Shown in pieces: positions 33,691 to 45,881 of a stretch of 64,000 bases of DNA. The notes below the pieces were generated by a model. That model worked only from the letters and a program-made list of their open reading frames with translations, ran no database searches and was not told the DNA's origin. A program made the position numbers and the translations under genes. Origin of the DNA: Eledone cirrhosa. Its lineage: Eukaryota. The stretch's first letter is position 1, and every line of letters begins with the position of its first letter. The DNA is taken from the NCBI GenBank assembly GCA_964016885.1, contig OZ024741.1:338582001-338646000 (forward strand), written 5' to 3'.

Positions 33691-35993
33691 TGTTTAGCAG
33701 CGAAGTATATAACTGTAATTGGGACACGAGTAACATAATAATGATGTCAACAGCAGAAATAAGAGATGAAATGTATGTTTATTTGTTGTAGCACAAAGTA
33801 ATGTTTGTTTAGTTGTATAGTTGAAGTTAAGCATAAAAGGGTTACAAAAGAAATGTGGCATTGTGCCAGGCCCAAGGAAGGCCGACAGGCCAAAATGCAA
33901 ATCTCACCGTTACATGTGGTTTGTGCTTACGGAGCAAGAGAATAAGTGGTCTTTACCTTAGCATGGTCAAGTTGTAAGAGACCTTTTTTGAGCTGACGCG
34001 GGAATTTCTCCCTCAGGGCGTGTGTAGAGATACATTCTCCTACGCTGGCCGCGATTGACTGAGCTGAGCCAAACAATGTACGGAGAATGTATATGAGCCC
34101 GTGGAATGTAGGTCACTACAACACCCCCTTCCTAGTCGCAAGACGATACAGATTATTGAATCAGCAGGGAAAAATGCTGAAAGAGCACATCAATGAAAAG
34201 AAATTGAACCAAAGAATGCATGCAAGAAGAAAAATGAGGCGCTAAGGGCCGTGTTGAGCTGCTGTGTCAAATGACTAGCTGTTTTGCTATTTATACATGA
34301 CCACCAGGAGTCTAACAGAAAACGAATAAAGTCTGACATGGGCGAAGTTGCTGTTCTTGCATCCTTACGGGGTTGATAAAATAAAGTACCAGTAATGCAC
34401 TGGGTAATTGCTGGCCTTGTGCCTAAAGTAGAAACAATTAAATGTTAGCTGTTATGGTAAGTGCTGTACCAGAGCTGTGGATGAAGCTGTTATGGTAGTT
34501 TACCAGTAGGTGTTGTCAATAATGGTGCTGTTCATGCTTTACCAGAGCTGTATAGCTGTTATGGTAAATGTTGTAGCAGAGCTGGCAAGAAGATGATGGG
34601 TAGGCGAGAAATTGTCGGCCTCCCAGATGAATTGCCGGAAGTGCTAGGCAGCCAGGAAAAAAAGGCTGGTTGCTTTAAAAAGAAAAAAGCAAGTTGAATC
34701 TGTAGGTGGGTAGTAGTTGAAGCGGTAATTCTATAATTCTGGTGAATCCATAGGAGAAATGCTGGAAATGCTGACAGGTCCAGTTCCATTTGTTGTTTTC
34801 CCAGTGAGTCGGGTAAAGTAACAAGATGGAGGTTATGCTATAGGACGATGAGTGTGCAACGAGATGCAGAACTGTTTGAATCCAGCTGCAATTAGCATTC
34901 TCGTGTTGCGGTGCAGGTGAGTTAAGCTGCAAAGTGTCGACAGCATGTTTTGGTACCTCCACAAGGTGAAAAAGGATCTCGCAGAATATTACGTCTGAAG
35001 ATCATATACTATAGACAACAACATGTTGGTGTGTGACAAAGAAATGTGTGTGCATATGCAGGCATGTAATACAGCAAAGAAAGTGTGTGCGTGCAGTCAT
35101 ATATACAATGATAGAAAAAAATGAATTTTCATATAATACAGTTTAAAAGAAATAAATGTCCAAACATTGCCTGTAAAAAAAAGAAGAAAGAAAGAATTGT
35201 TTTTTAACACAAAGTTCGCCTTTTCTTTTCCTTGAAATTTCTTTGGGAAGCTAGTAGAATTGTTGTTGTTGTTGCTATCAAAGCGAAGTCACAGTAAATC
35301 TTCAGTAGAATCGAAGTCGCACGCCGAAGAGCTGAGAGTCACCATGTGAGTTTGGTGTTGTGCTTGTTTGTTATTGCAGAAAGCCTTATCGAAAGAAAAA
35401 TGTCTCCGGGCTGTAATTTTGAAAATACAGCCAATATTTTTCTTTCCAAGATGTTGGCGTTGACGGGTTCATAAAAGTTAAACCACGTGTTGTTCTTTTT
35501 TTAAAAAAAACACTACTTCCATTTTTTTTTTCTTAACGGTAGAGACGATAGAAGAGGTGACGGCGTAGAAGTAAACAATATGATGTATGGTGGTTTGCGT
35601 CGGTAAAGGCTATGAAGCTGCCACATAGTTATTCCGTTGTCTATGGTCAGCAGTTAACCAGTGTTGTCGCTGCTGCTGCTGTTGTTGGTAGTGGTGATAG
35701 CCATTTTGATACTAATTTCCTCGTGGTGAAAAATCTTTTTTATACATACACTGCCAATTTTTATTTTATTTCAAAAGGAATATTTTGAACTGAAAATATT
35801 CATCACGTCGGGGTCACCATTTTTAGCAGCGAAGTATATAACTGTAATTGGGACACGAGTAACATAATAATGATGTCAACAGCAGAATTAAGAGATGAAA
35901 TGTATGTTTATTTGTTGTAGCACAAAGTAATGTTTGTTTAGTTGTACAGTTGAAGTTAAACATAAAAGGGTTACAAAAGAAATGTGGCATTGT
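33691..35993 (-). mobile_element. Non-autonomous tRNA-Trp-primed LTR retroelement, copy 2 (5' LTR truncated)
   Basis: 3' LTR 33691-34120 (TGT..ACA on the minus strand), PPT 34121-34133, PBS 35802-35819, partial 5' LTR 35820-35993. Internal region homologous to 46517-47920. Confidence 0.88.
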
Positions 35994-37094
35994 AATACAT
36001 CGACAGAAATAGTCCTCTGTATTATCATATCATAATCCGATACCTCAACCCTGAACGTTCAGCCATCCATACACAACAGTTCGAAATACATGATCACAAC
36101 TTTGTATATTTACAGTTTCTTCTAAATGTTACACACACACATGCATACACAGTTATACAATATTATTTTTTTTTTTTTCTCTCCAAATTTCTCTGCACTT
36201 GAAATACGGGCGCAGTATGAACATTTTGTGTTTTGGGACAGTGAGGGGGCCCCAGAGCATTCACCTCCTGATAAATCCGGTCCTGAATGAAAGTGTTTTT
36301 CGAACATAAGTTATCCTAGACTCTCTGTTACAACGTTTGTTGCTCTACATCCAGATATTGGAACTAGTCCACGTTTGAAAGGAGACGTTGTTACCCACCA
36401 GAGAGGAACAAGCATGGGTGAAAGAAAGAAAGCAGGGAAGAGACAGAGACACACATTTACTTAGACCAACGCCATGCATCCCTTTTTTTCTGTTTTTATT
36501 TCTAAAATAGATGATTCGTCGTTTTTGGCTATGGGTGATCCATTTGTTACATCAACAGGACTACTTTCGGGTCTAGTATAATAGTCTCCCCCCACCTGCT
36601 TATTAAATTTTGCTAATCTATCTCCGGCAAAAGTGGTAGCATTCCTGCAACAATTAATCTTCTTTAGACATTACAAAACATTATACATGACAAAAAAAGT
36701 ACATTACTAGAAATCCCATATGTTATAAAATAAATAGGATGTGTTGGGGTCTCAATATGTAAACTAAACGACTAATTCTGATTTTTTTGTTAAAATCAAC
36801 AGAGACAACCTAAAAAAATTACCGATTTTCCAACCCCAAACCCCCTTTTATTTGGGACCTGAATCTAGTTACTCAATGTGATTTGGAAAAATAAAAGGAC
36901 TCAGTTGTTTCCTCTAATGTAAGTGGTTAAGTATCTCTACAGACATGTGTACCTTTCATGCACTCCTCAGGTAAAATGTGCACAACACAGTGTGTGCTAA
37001 GTCTGTCTTTATAACTGACAATTTCTACATAATTTTTGTCTACCCAATGTCATTTACAAAACTGGGATCAAACTGAGGTGTTAAAGGGATCAGC

Positions 37095-37640
37095 CCCCCC
37101 GCCCCCATCCCCACCTGCCTGTCTTGGAGGTTACCTACCTTCTCTCCCCCACCCCACCTGCCAGTCTTGGACGTTACCTATCTTCCTCCTACCGGTCTTG
37201 GAGGTTATCGCCCCCTCCCACAGCCACATTAGTCTTGGATTTTACTTTCCTCACTCATCACCTGCCAGCCTTGGAAGTTACCCCCACCCCCTCCCACCTC
37301 TGCTACTCTTACACGTTACTTACCTCACCCCACCCACCTACCAGTCTTGGATGTGAACTTTAACCACCCAGAGCTGTTGCTCTTGGGTGTTACCCCCACC
37401 CCTCTGCCAGTCTTTGAGGTTACCTTTCTCCTCCCCCACCTGTCACTCTTGGACGTTACCCTCCTCACCCTGCCCACCTGCCAGTCTTGGAGGTTACCTT
37501 CTTCCACTTACTTGCCAGTCATAGACATTACCTTCCTCCCCATAACACCACTGCCATTCTTAGAGGTTACCTTCCTCTCCCCACCAGCCAATTTTGGGGG
37601 TTACCTTCCCACACACCCGACCCACCTGCCAGTTTTGGAG
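37095..37640. repeat. C-rich ~30-35-bp minisatellite (CCCACCTGCCAGTCTTGGAGGTTACCTTC)
   Basis: More than a dozen diverged tandem units. Confidence 0.85.
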
Positions 37641-38575
37641 GATCTGAAAATGGTCATGGGTATTGCCCTTTCCTGCCTCACTTTAAACATTAAAAATTAA
37701 AATTAAAAAATCAACAAAACTTTTTACTGATAAATATTTTATTTTCTCTCATAAAATACAGAAAAAAAAACAACCCCAAAACATCTAACAAAAACAATTC
37801 TACTTCAACTTCAACAATTTCAACATTTTGACAGAGTTAACAGGGTGTAACATTTACAGAAATTTAGAATGTTCAATTTCTTTCGTATTGGTAATAATGA
37901 TGTTGGAGGTAGAGTTTGAATAAATATGGACATGCAACAACTAATGTCTTCTTACTCCTGTCAGTTTATTATTTTACATACATATATATATATATTGTTA
38001 TTGTTGTTGATATTATAATTGTTTAGCGCCAGGTCAGTCCTGACTGAGTAGACCAACAATCAAGCAAACACCAACCATGACTAACCTGTTGTTTTTCAAG
38101 AGCAAACCTACGACTACATTATATGATGTTTCCTTTCCTTATATAAGATGGCAGATGGTAATTTTAGGGAGATTTGGGCTGCTGTGTCTAGAAAATGGAA
38201 CGATTGCCCACAGAAAATCCCTGGGAGTAGGGAAAAAGAAGAGAAACACAATAGGGAAGATATCATACTATTATATAAATATTTCATCATCATTGGGAGA
38301 CCATGCTTAATGCTTAATGCACCTGTGACTGTGCAGACCAATGCATGAGTGACAGTCTTTGTTGTACTTGGTGCAGATACGTGTAGAATCATTGGTTGTT
38401 GGTATGTCTACAATGCGCTTTTTTCAGTCCCTTTTCTGCCACAAGTTGACCTCTTTTAGTATCTGCATCCACGATGCCCTTGCGGACAGTATGACGCCAG
38501 GTACCACAGTCCTCTGCCTGTCTCTCCCAGCTGGAAGAAGAGATGTTGCAGTGTAGGCATATATATATATATATA

Positions 38576-38861
38576 TACCACAACATCCAGTCCAAACTAA
38601 TGAGGTTGTGTAGGTGTCACAAAAAAAAAAAAAATACACAGTCCACGCTGTAATGTGGCCGTGTAGGTAACACCGTAAAAAGCTCCCAGTCCACATTGTA
38701 AATGTGGTTGGTGTTAGGAAGGGCATCCAGCTGTAGAAAACCTGCAAGATAGTCCTGTACAAGTGAGATACAGTCACCCGACCAATCTTGCCTCAAATGG
38801 GACAATTCCCGTCTAACCCATGCTAGCGTGGAAGATAGACGTTAAACGATGATGATGATGA
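38576..38861 (+). mobile_element. RTE 3' UTR-only insertion next to a TA run
   Basis: Matches the subfamily A tail and has (GAT)n. Confidence 0.82.
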
Positions 38862-38944
38862 TAGTGAAAAATCAGGTTATATCTAAAGTTGGTTGAGCAC
38901 TCAGTCCAAAGAACGAGTTGAGTATAGAGTTAATTCTACAACAA

Positions 38945-39150
38945 TTGCTGTAACACCTGTTTAGGATGTCTTAATGTTATAACACATGTTTAGGATGTTT
39001 TAATAAGAGTGTAACACCTGTTAAAGATGTCTTAATTACAGTGTAACACCTGGTTAGGATGTCTTAATAACAGTGTTACATATGTTTAGGATGTCTTAAC
39101 AGTGTAACACCTATTAAGGATGTCTTTGTAACTATGTAACACCTGTCTAT
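38945..39150. repeat. ~32-bp minisatellite (GTGTAACACCTGTTTAGGATGTCTTAATAACA)
   Basis: About 6 tandem units. Confidence 0.82.
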
Positions 39151-39419
39151 AGCCACACAGGACAGGTGAGACAATAACATTCTAGTCACAAAATGAAACT
39201 GAACCTAATTTATTTTGCTTCATTCCTTTTAAGAGTATTAGCGTTCTTTTTGTCAGAACAAAGAAATTTCTTCCTGGCACAAAATTCTACACTATAATGA
39301 CTATAATATATATATAGAAAAACCTCTTACCACTAAAACAAAAGAAAAACAACAACAAAAAAATGATCTAATAACAGCCCTTATAAATTAAAAATGTTCA
39401 ATTTTTTACTGGCTCCAAG

Positions 39420-40012
39420 AGAGATTTGGTCAATGTTTTACCACATTTCATAGGAAAAAAGGAAAGAGATTAAGTGGGGAGTTTACCACATTTCATAGGG
39501 AAATAGAGAGATTTGGTGGGGTGTTTATCACATTTCATAGGGAAAATATAGACTTAGTGGGGAGTTTACCACATTTCATAGGGAAACCAGAGAGGGATTT
39601 GGTGGTGGTGGGGGAGTACCACCTTTCATAGGAAAATCAGAGAGGGATTTGGTGGGGGAGGGGATTTACCACATTTCATAGGGAAACCAGAGAGGAATTT
39701 GGTGGACAGTTTACTACATTCCATAGGGAAAATAGAGATTTTGTGTGGATTTTACCTGGTTTCATAGGGAAAAGAGAGATTTTGGGGGGAGTTTACCAGA
39801 TTTCATGGGGAAAAGAAAGGTTTTGTGGGGAGTTCACCACATTTCATAGGGAAAAGAGATTTTGTGGGGAGTTTACCACATTTCATAGGGGAAAGAGATT
39901 TTGTGGGGAGTTCACCACATTTCATAGGGAAAAGAGATTTTGTGGGGAGTTTACCACATTTCATAGGGAAACTACAGAAATTTAATGGGTATTTTACCAT
40001 GTTTCATAAGGA
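39420..40012. repeat. 39-bp minisatellite running into the ZNF-C stop codon
   Basis: Unit ATTTCATAGGGAAAAGAGATTTTGTGGGGAGTTTACCAC, about 13-14 copies, most homogeneous near the gene. Confidence 0.9.
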
Positions 40013-40719
40013 AAAGGTTTTTCACCAAAATGAGTTCTCATGTGTTCCTGAAGGTTGGAACTATAGAGGAAATGTTTACCACATATTTCACAATTTGTGG
40101 AAATTTTGTCTGTGTGTATGGCTCTGTGGCGTTTCAAGTGAAAATTACGTCCAAAATGTTTGCCACAGATGTTGCATTGAAAGGGTTTTCCCCCGATGTG
40201 TCTTTTAACATGGATGTTCAGAGTGGCTGATGCAGCAAAATGCTTGCCGCAGAATTCACATTGGAATGGTTTTACATCAGTATGTGTTTTCATGTGCCGC
40301 TGTAAATGGGATGTATCTGAGAAATTTTTGCTGCAAATCTCACACTGGAATGGTCTCTCACCTGTGTGTATTCTGATGTGTCGCTGTAGGTGGGAACTGT
40401 TGGAAAACTTTTTGCCACAAATCTCACATTGAAATGGTTTCTCTCCTGTGTGACTCCTCGTGTGTCTCTGTAGCCAGGAACTGCAGGCAAACGTTTTGTT
40501 GCAAATCTCACACTGGAATGATTCTTTGTTAACATGAGTCTTCACATGGTTCCGAAGATGAGAACTACGATCAAAAATTCGACCACATACTTCACAGTGA
40601 AATGGTTTCACCTCAGTATGAATAGAAACATGTTTCTCAAGTTCTCTGTATTCAGGGAAAGTTTCATCACACACCTGACACTGGAATGTTTTTTCTTTTA
40701 AAGTTTTCTCCATTTCATC
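39994..40719 (-). CDS. C2H2 zinc-finger protein, 8 fingers (ZNF-C), probably the last exon of a spliced gene
   Basis: 239-aa ORF from ATG 40713. Acceptor CCCATATTTCAG immediately upstream gives in-frame GAT GAA ATG. Upstream exons were not identified. Confidence 0.88.
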   Translation of the reverse strand, partial: DEMEKTLKEKTFQCQVCDETFPEYRELEKHVSIHTEVKPFHCEVCGRIFDRSSHLRNHVKTHVNKESFQCEICNKTFACSSWLQRHTRSHTGEKPFQCEICGKKFSNSSHLQRHIRIHTGERPFQCEICSKNFSDTSHLQRHMKTHTDVKPFQCEFCGKHFAASATLNIHVKRHIGGKPFQCNICGKHFGRNFHLKRHRAIHTDKISTNCEICGKHFLYSSNLQEHMRTHFGEKPFPYETW

Positions 40720-41092
40720 CTGAAATATGGGAAGATGGGAGACAGCTTTAATTTAACTCCAGCATTCAGAACTTGCAATACATATATGCACACACATACA
40801 CATATATATGTATATGAATACATACACACACACCTAGACATATATACATACACACACACAGATGCACACATATACGCACAGTTAGACATGTATACATACA
40901 CACACAGACATACATATACACAGAGACAGCAAGTCAAATGGTGGAGGGTAGATAATTGTCTGGATTCCTAAGAGAGAGAAGAGGGGTTTTAAAAACTCAG
41001 CAAGACAGGAGGAGAGAGAAAAAGATCATCTGCATACAAGAGTTCCCATGGACAACCTGGCTTAAACTATTCAGTAATAGCTTGGAGAGCTA

Positions 41093-41303
41093 GGTAGGTC
41101 AGCTGGAAAGTTCATAGGCTGACTAAGATACTCTCATGGAATTACCAAATGAGGTTTATTTTTCAAAATAGTCCTGAGAAAGAAACAATGCAGTTATAAT
41201 AATGCAGTTATAATAAGATGGGATGAAATTAATGCATGCAAGATTTCAAGGCTCTAGAATAACCTCTTTATTGTTAGCCTATGAACTTTTCAGCTGACCT
41301 TCA
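41093..41303. mobile_element. mariner-type MITE
   Basis: TIRs GGTCAGCTGGAAAGTTCATAGGCT / AGCCTATGAACTTTTCAGCTGACC. Confidence 0.78.
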
Positions 41304-41975
41304 TATAATAAACTGGGGAATGAGCCTTGATGGATGCCCACCTGCATACTAAATTCTTCACTGAACTCATTTTACTTACTCTCACATTACTGACAGCATT
41401 TTACTTGGCTTACACTGCTCTGACAAGCCACTAATATAATTTACACCTGGTTTTCTTTAAGCCCAACAGACTAAAGTATATAGAACCCTATCAAAGGTTT
41501 TCACCAGATTAACAAATGCTAGGTATAAAGGCTTCCTCTTGCCTAGGAACTTCTCTTGCAGTTGTTTTACTGTGAAAAGGACACCAGTTGTACCAGACAC
41601 AAATTCAAATTGCATCTCATCTAAACTGAATCTATTTCTAATCATCATCATTGTTTTTATGTCAGGTTTTCCAAGCTTGCATGAGTTAGATGTGTCATTT
41701 TCAGCGCAGCATCTCTCCACTCATCGCATACCTTCATTTCCTCTGTGAGTCTCAGCGATTTGAGATCAGCTCCCACCACCTCTGCCCAGGACTTCCTTGG
41801 TCTACCTCTGAGGGTAGTTAGACATGGCTTGGGCCAATACTGGCCGAAACCTATCAAAGTTATATGTATGTGTGTGTGTGTAATTACTAATTTAAGGTAT
41901 CACAACATATACAATACATATGATGCTGATGTTTCTCAGTAGAAAAGCTCAATGGACATTTGTCCAGAGCATCAA

Positions 41976-42330
41976 TAATTCAAATTAAAAGATATATGTA
42001 TATATATAGAGAGAGAAAGAGCCATATATCGTTTGAGAAACACATAGCATTTTGTACATATATAAAGCACATAATATTTAGGAAACAATATGTATTATAA
42101 TGTGGAAAAGTTCTTTCTTTATGGTACCATATAGTGGCTCATAAACTGTAACAAAAATTAATATAAGCAATTGATCATTGATCACCAACTATTGATTTTG
42201 GTAAATCTATGGGAAACACGAACCAATCATCAGAGGAAATTTGTCTTTGGATAAGTTCCAAGAGAGTATAGAGTACAAAATACTATGTGTTTCTCAAATG
42301 ATATATACATACATCTTTTAATTTGAATTA
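41976..42330. repeat. Inverted-repeat (fold-back) module
   Basis: TAATTCAAATTAAAAGAT..TTTGAGAAACACATAGCATTTTGTAC pairs with GTACAAAATACTATGTGTTTCTCAAA..ATCTTTTAATTTGAATTA. Confidence 0.72.
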
Positions 42331-42449
42331 TATATATATATATATGTGTGTGTGAGTGTGAGGGAACAGATGTCTTCCTATATCGTTGGATGTATATGTG
42401 TATTTTTGTCTGTATACATATATATGTGTGTGTAAATGTATGTTTATAT

Positions 42450-42575
42450 AATAATAATAATAATAATGAAATTATTGTGTACAGTGCTCAGGTGCACTAC
42501 AACTCATCAAAGGTGCATGTATAGTACATAGAATAATGTACAAATGTCAGGAAAATGAACAGTGTATGAGTCATG

Positions 42576-42608
<33 letters not shown>

Positions 42609-43707
42609 AATATTGTGTACAGTGCCCAGGTGCACCACAACTCATCAAAAAGAGCATGTACAGTACATAGGGCAATGCACAAACATCAGTAAAATGAACA
42701 GTGCACGAGTCATGATACACACATGTGTGCATGTGTATGGAAGGGGTACATCAGGTGTAGTTTTGGCATATTTCGGGAAGCATGAGTGTCTCGGCAGCTA
42801 ACAACTGACGCAGGCAGTTTGTTCCATGCTTCAGCAACTCTGAGCGTGAAAAAATGTCTACGAAAGTCATGGGAGCTGTGCTGTTTTCTGATTTTGTAGG
42901 CATGTCCACGTGTGTTAGACACATGTAGATCAAAAAGGTGCTCAGGGTTGCAATTGGCGAGATGGTTAATAACTTTGTGGGTATTCACTAAGTCCATTGC
43001 CAGACGTCGGAGCTTCAATGAATGGAGGGTATGCGCTTGGTTGCACGTCTCTGAACAGTTTCCAGGAGGTCAATGTTCTGAGCAAGATAGGGGTTCCACA
43101 CTGATGATGCGAATTCCAAGCGTGGTCGTACCATAGCTGTATACAGCTTTAAATAGATGGCTGGAGAGCGGCTAACAAAGGTCTTGCTGAGTGATGCCAA
43201 GACACCCTCGGCCTTCTTGACAATCTTAGAGACATGCTTTGTCCAATGCAAATCGCTGCTGACAGTAATGCCCAGGTCACGTTCACAAGAGGACTTCTTG
43301 ATATCAGTGTTGTGGAGGGAGTATGTGGACGCTGGATTTTTCCTTCCAAAATGCATGGTGGTACACCTGTCCACAGCCAGCTTCAGTTGCCAGTCTGTGA
43401 TCCATTGCTGCATTGTGTCCAGGTCTGATTGTAGGAAAGAGTTGTAAATTTCAGGATCAGTCCTTTTGATTTCAAGGTACAGCTTGATGTCATCTGCATA
43501 TTTCAGTACCGTGGCATTCTGTAAGTTGGCATCTATGTCATTAATATATGCCACAAACAAAAGGGGACCAAGAACAGATCCCTGTGGTACACCAGATGAC
43601 ATCTCATATGGTGAAGAATGCTGTCCTAGAACCGTGATTACTTCTTTTCGGCTGAGAATGAGAATGAAGGATTTCAACCAGTCGAAAAGATCATCCCTCA
43701 CACCCAT
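42450..43707 (-). mobile_element. CR1-group LINE, 5'-truncated, with a duplicated 3' end and (TTA)n tails
   Basis: SGVPQGSVLGPLLF, KYADD, RPRLEFASSVWNPY, QRRATK, TRGH and FFTLRVAEAWNKLP motifs. Confidence 0.9.
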
Positions 43708-43947
43708 ATGTGTGTGTGTACATTTATATGTCTATGTTCGTAATGGTGTATGCCCACAGTCATACATGTCAGTGCCTGCACATGTCTATGTAAATATGTA
43801 TGATTATTATGCAATATTATAGGTGATATATGTTACTGTATTCTTATGTTAATATATTTGTGTATGGATTATTATCCAATAATTCATGTAATATACATTG
43901 CTACATTCTTATGTTGTTATATATTTTCATCAATACCAGGATGTTAG

Positions 43948-44137
43948 GTTGCTGGCCTTGTGCCAAAAGTAGAAACAATTATATGCTTTGCAGCACAGTT
44001 ACGTCCCTTTACGGACTGAGTTCAAATCTCGCCGAGATTAACTTTGCCTTTCATCCTTACGGGGTGGATAAAATAAAGTACCAGTAATGCACTGGGTAAT
44101 TGCTGGCCTTGTGCCATAAGTAGAAACAATTATTATT
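43948..44137 (+). mobile_element. SINE ending AGTAGAAACAATTA, preceded by a second copy of its own 3' end
   Basis: B-box GAGTTCAAATC. GCTGGCCTTGTGCCA..AGTAGAAACAATTA occurs at both ends. Confidence 0.75.
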
Positions 44138-45405
44138 AATATAACTGTTATAATTATCATTACCTTTATAATTAGTCAGGCAATTATCATTATCATTATC
44201 ACTGACTACACTTATATCTAATATAACGGCCTATACATATAGCTAATATTTCTCTATATATTCTCTTATACCTTGTATATTTTCTTACGTTATTTTATAT
44301 TTTTATATCATTTCTATATTTTTATATTCATATTTTCTTACATTATTTTTTTTTTTATATATATTTCTTAAAAGATTTTAATATTTTTAAATATTTTTTT
44401 TTTTATATTTTTTTGAATATAAAAATTTTTTTTTCATATAATTTTTAATTTTTTAATATTTTCTTATATTTTTTATATATATTTCTTATATATTCTCTAT
44501 ATGTTTATATTGTTTATAGTTCTTACATTCATATTCTCTATATTTTCTTTACATTTTATCCCTTTATAATCTTGCTTATCACAGTTCATCCTATACACTA
44601 TTTTATTTTAATTTATATGTACAGAGCTGTATATGGACGTATCTGTCTATGTATATGCATGTGTGTGTATACATATGTTTTATGCATAATGTTTAAATAT
44701 TAGGTAGTATGGGCTTGACATCACCAATGCTGGAACCAATGGTGTTGTTATTTTTGATGGTGTTGAAAAAATATATGTACCAGTCTGTACATGTGGAAGT
44801 ATGTGTATATATTCACGTATATATATCTATGAATGTATATGTGAATATGTGTATGTATATAAACATGTAAATGTGTGTATGTGTCTATGTGGGTTATGTA
44901 TTTGTATATATATATATAAGTGCGGGTGAATGACAATATTGACATTATATTCTAGCACCACTATCATCGTCTTAAATACCGTAAACATCGCTGTCATTGT
45001 TGTTAATGTTGTTTTTGTCAAGCTAGTGTTGCTCCGGTTGGCCTAAGTAGAGGCTGAACAGAGATCATAAAACTAAAACAAAAACCCTAACGACATAACG
45101 ACGCCTGTCCGAAAACGAAATAACTAAAGAATGCAGATGTACTGATGGTCCACATGCTGGGACTAGCCACAGGCCAGTCAAAAACTAGAAAATTCTTAAA
45201 GACTAGAATAACCAATCAGAAAACTAATACATAAACTACTAGAAGTTAACATAGAGAAAATCCATATGCCGTACCACTTCACTACTGGTTGGACGTGCAT
45301 GGCCACCAGCATATCACAATGATTGCATAACTGCACCTATGATTGCGTAAGCATCTGACAAAGTTATATGAATAACTATGTAACAGAAATATATATAATG
45401 CAATA

Positions 45406-45604
45406 AACAATTATGGTGATTTAATCCCATCTTAACTACCTAGACGGTCGGACATGCTTTCCAGCATAGTTATGTCCCTTTACGATTTGAGTTCAAATCC
45501 CGCCAAGGTTAACTTTGCCTTTCATCCTTACAGGGGTTGATAAAATAAAGTGCCAGTAATGTACTGGGTAATTGCTGGCCTTGTGCCAAAAGTAGAAACA
45601 ATTA
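45406..45604 (+). mobile_element. SINE, near-identical to the copy inside the LTR at 46197
   Basis: Direct sequence match, B-box GAGTTCAAATCC. Confidence 0.8.
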
Positions 45605-45881
45605 TTTGATATATATATATATGTGAGGAGGCGGGGGTAGTTTAATGAAGAGTGGAGAGAATATATACATAGATATTGGCATTAGGAATAGTATCAAGCC
45701 ATAGAAATCAAGACACAGTCAGCTGATCTGGCTTGTTTCACAACGGAGCAACTCGTCTAACCCATGCTAGCATGAACAAATGGATGTTAAATAGTTATGA
45801 TGATGATAATATATATATATATGATGTAACGTTTGTTTTTAAATGTATTGCCTTCTCCTCCATTTATTCTGCTTATATATA

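Larger units (their letters stand above)
33169..36285. mobile_element. hAT-like non-autonomous DNA element carrying nested LTR insertions
   Basis: TIR CAGGACCAGAT / ATCCGGTCCTG. 8-bp TSD CATGAAAG (33161-33168) / AATGAAAG (36286-36293). Confidence 0.72.

Noticed and set aside
37036-37700. Pro/Leu-rich ORFs
   Set aside because: They derive from a C-rich minisatellite open in several frames, and no splice context was found.
39743-40535. Repetitive ORFs (FCGEFTTFHREKR)n and ORFs antisense to zinc fingers
   Set aside because: These are by-products of a 39-bp unit and of finger periodicity, with no independent coding evidence.
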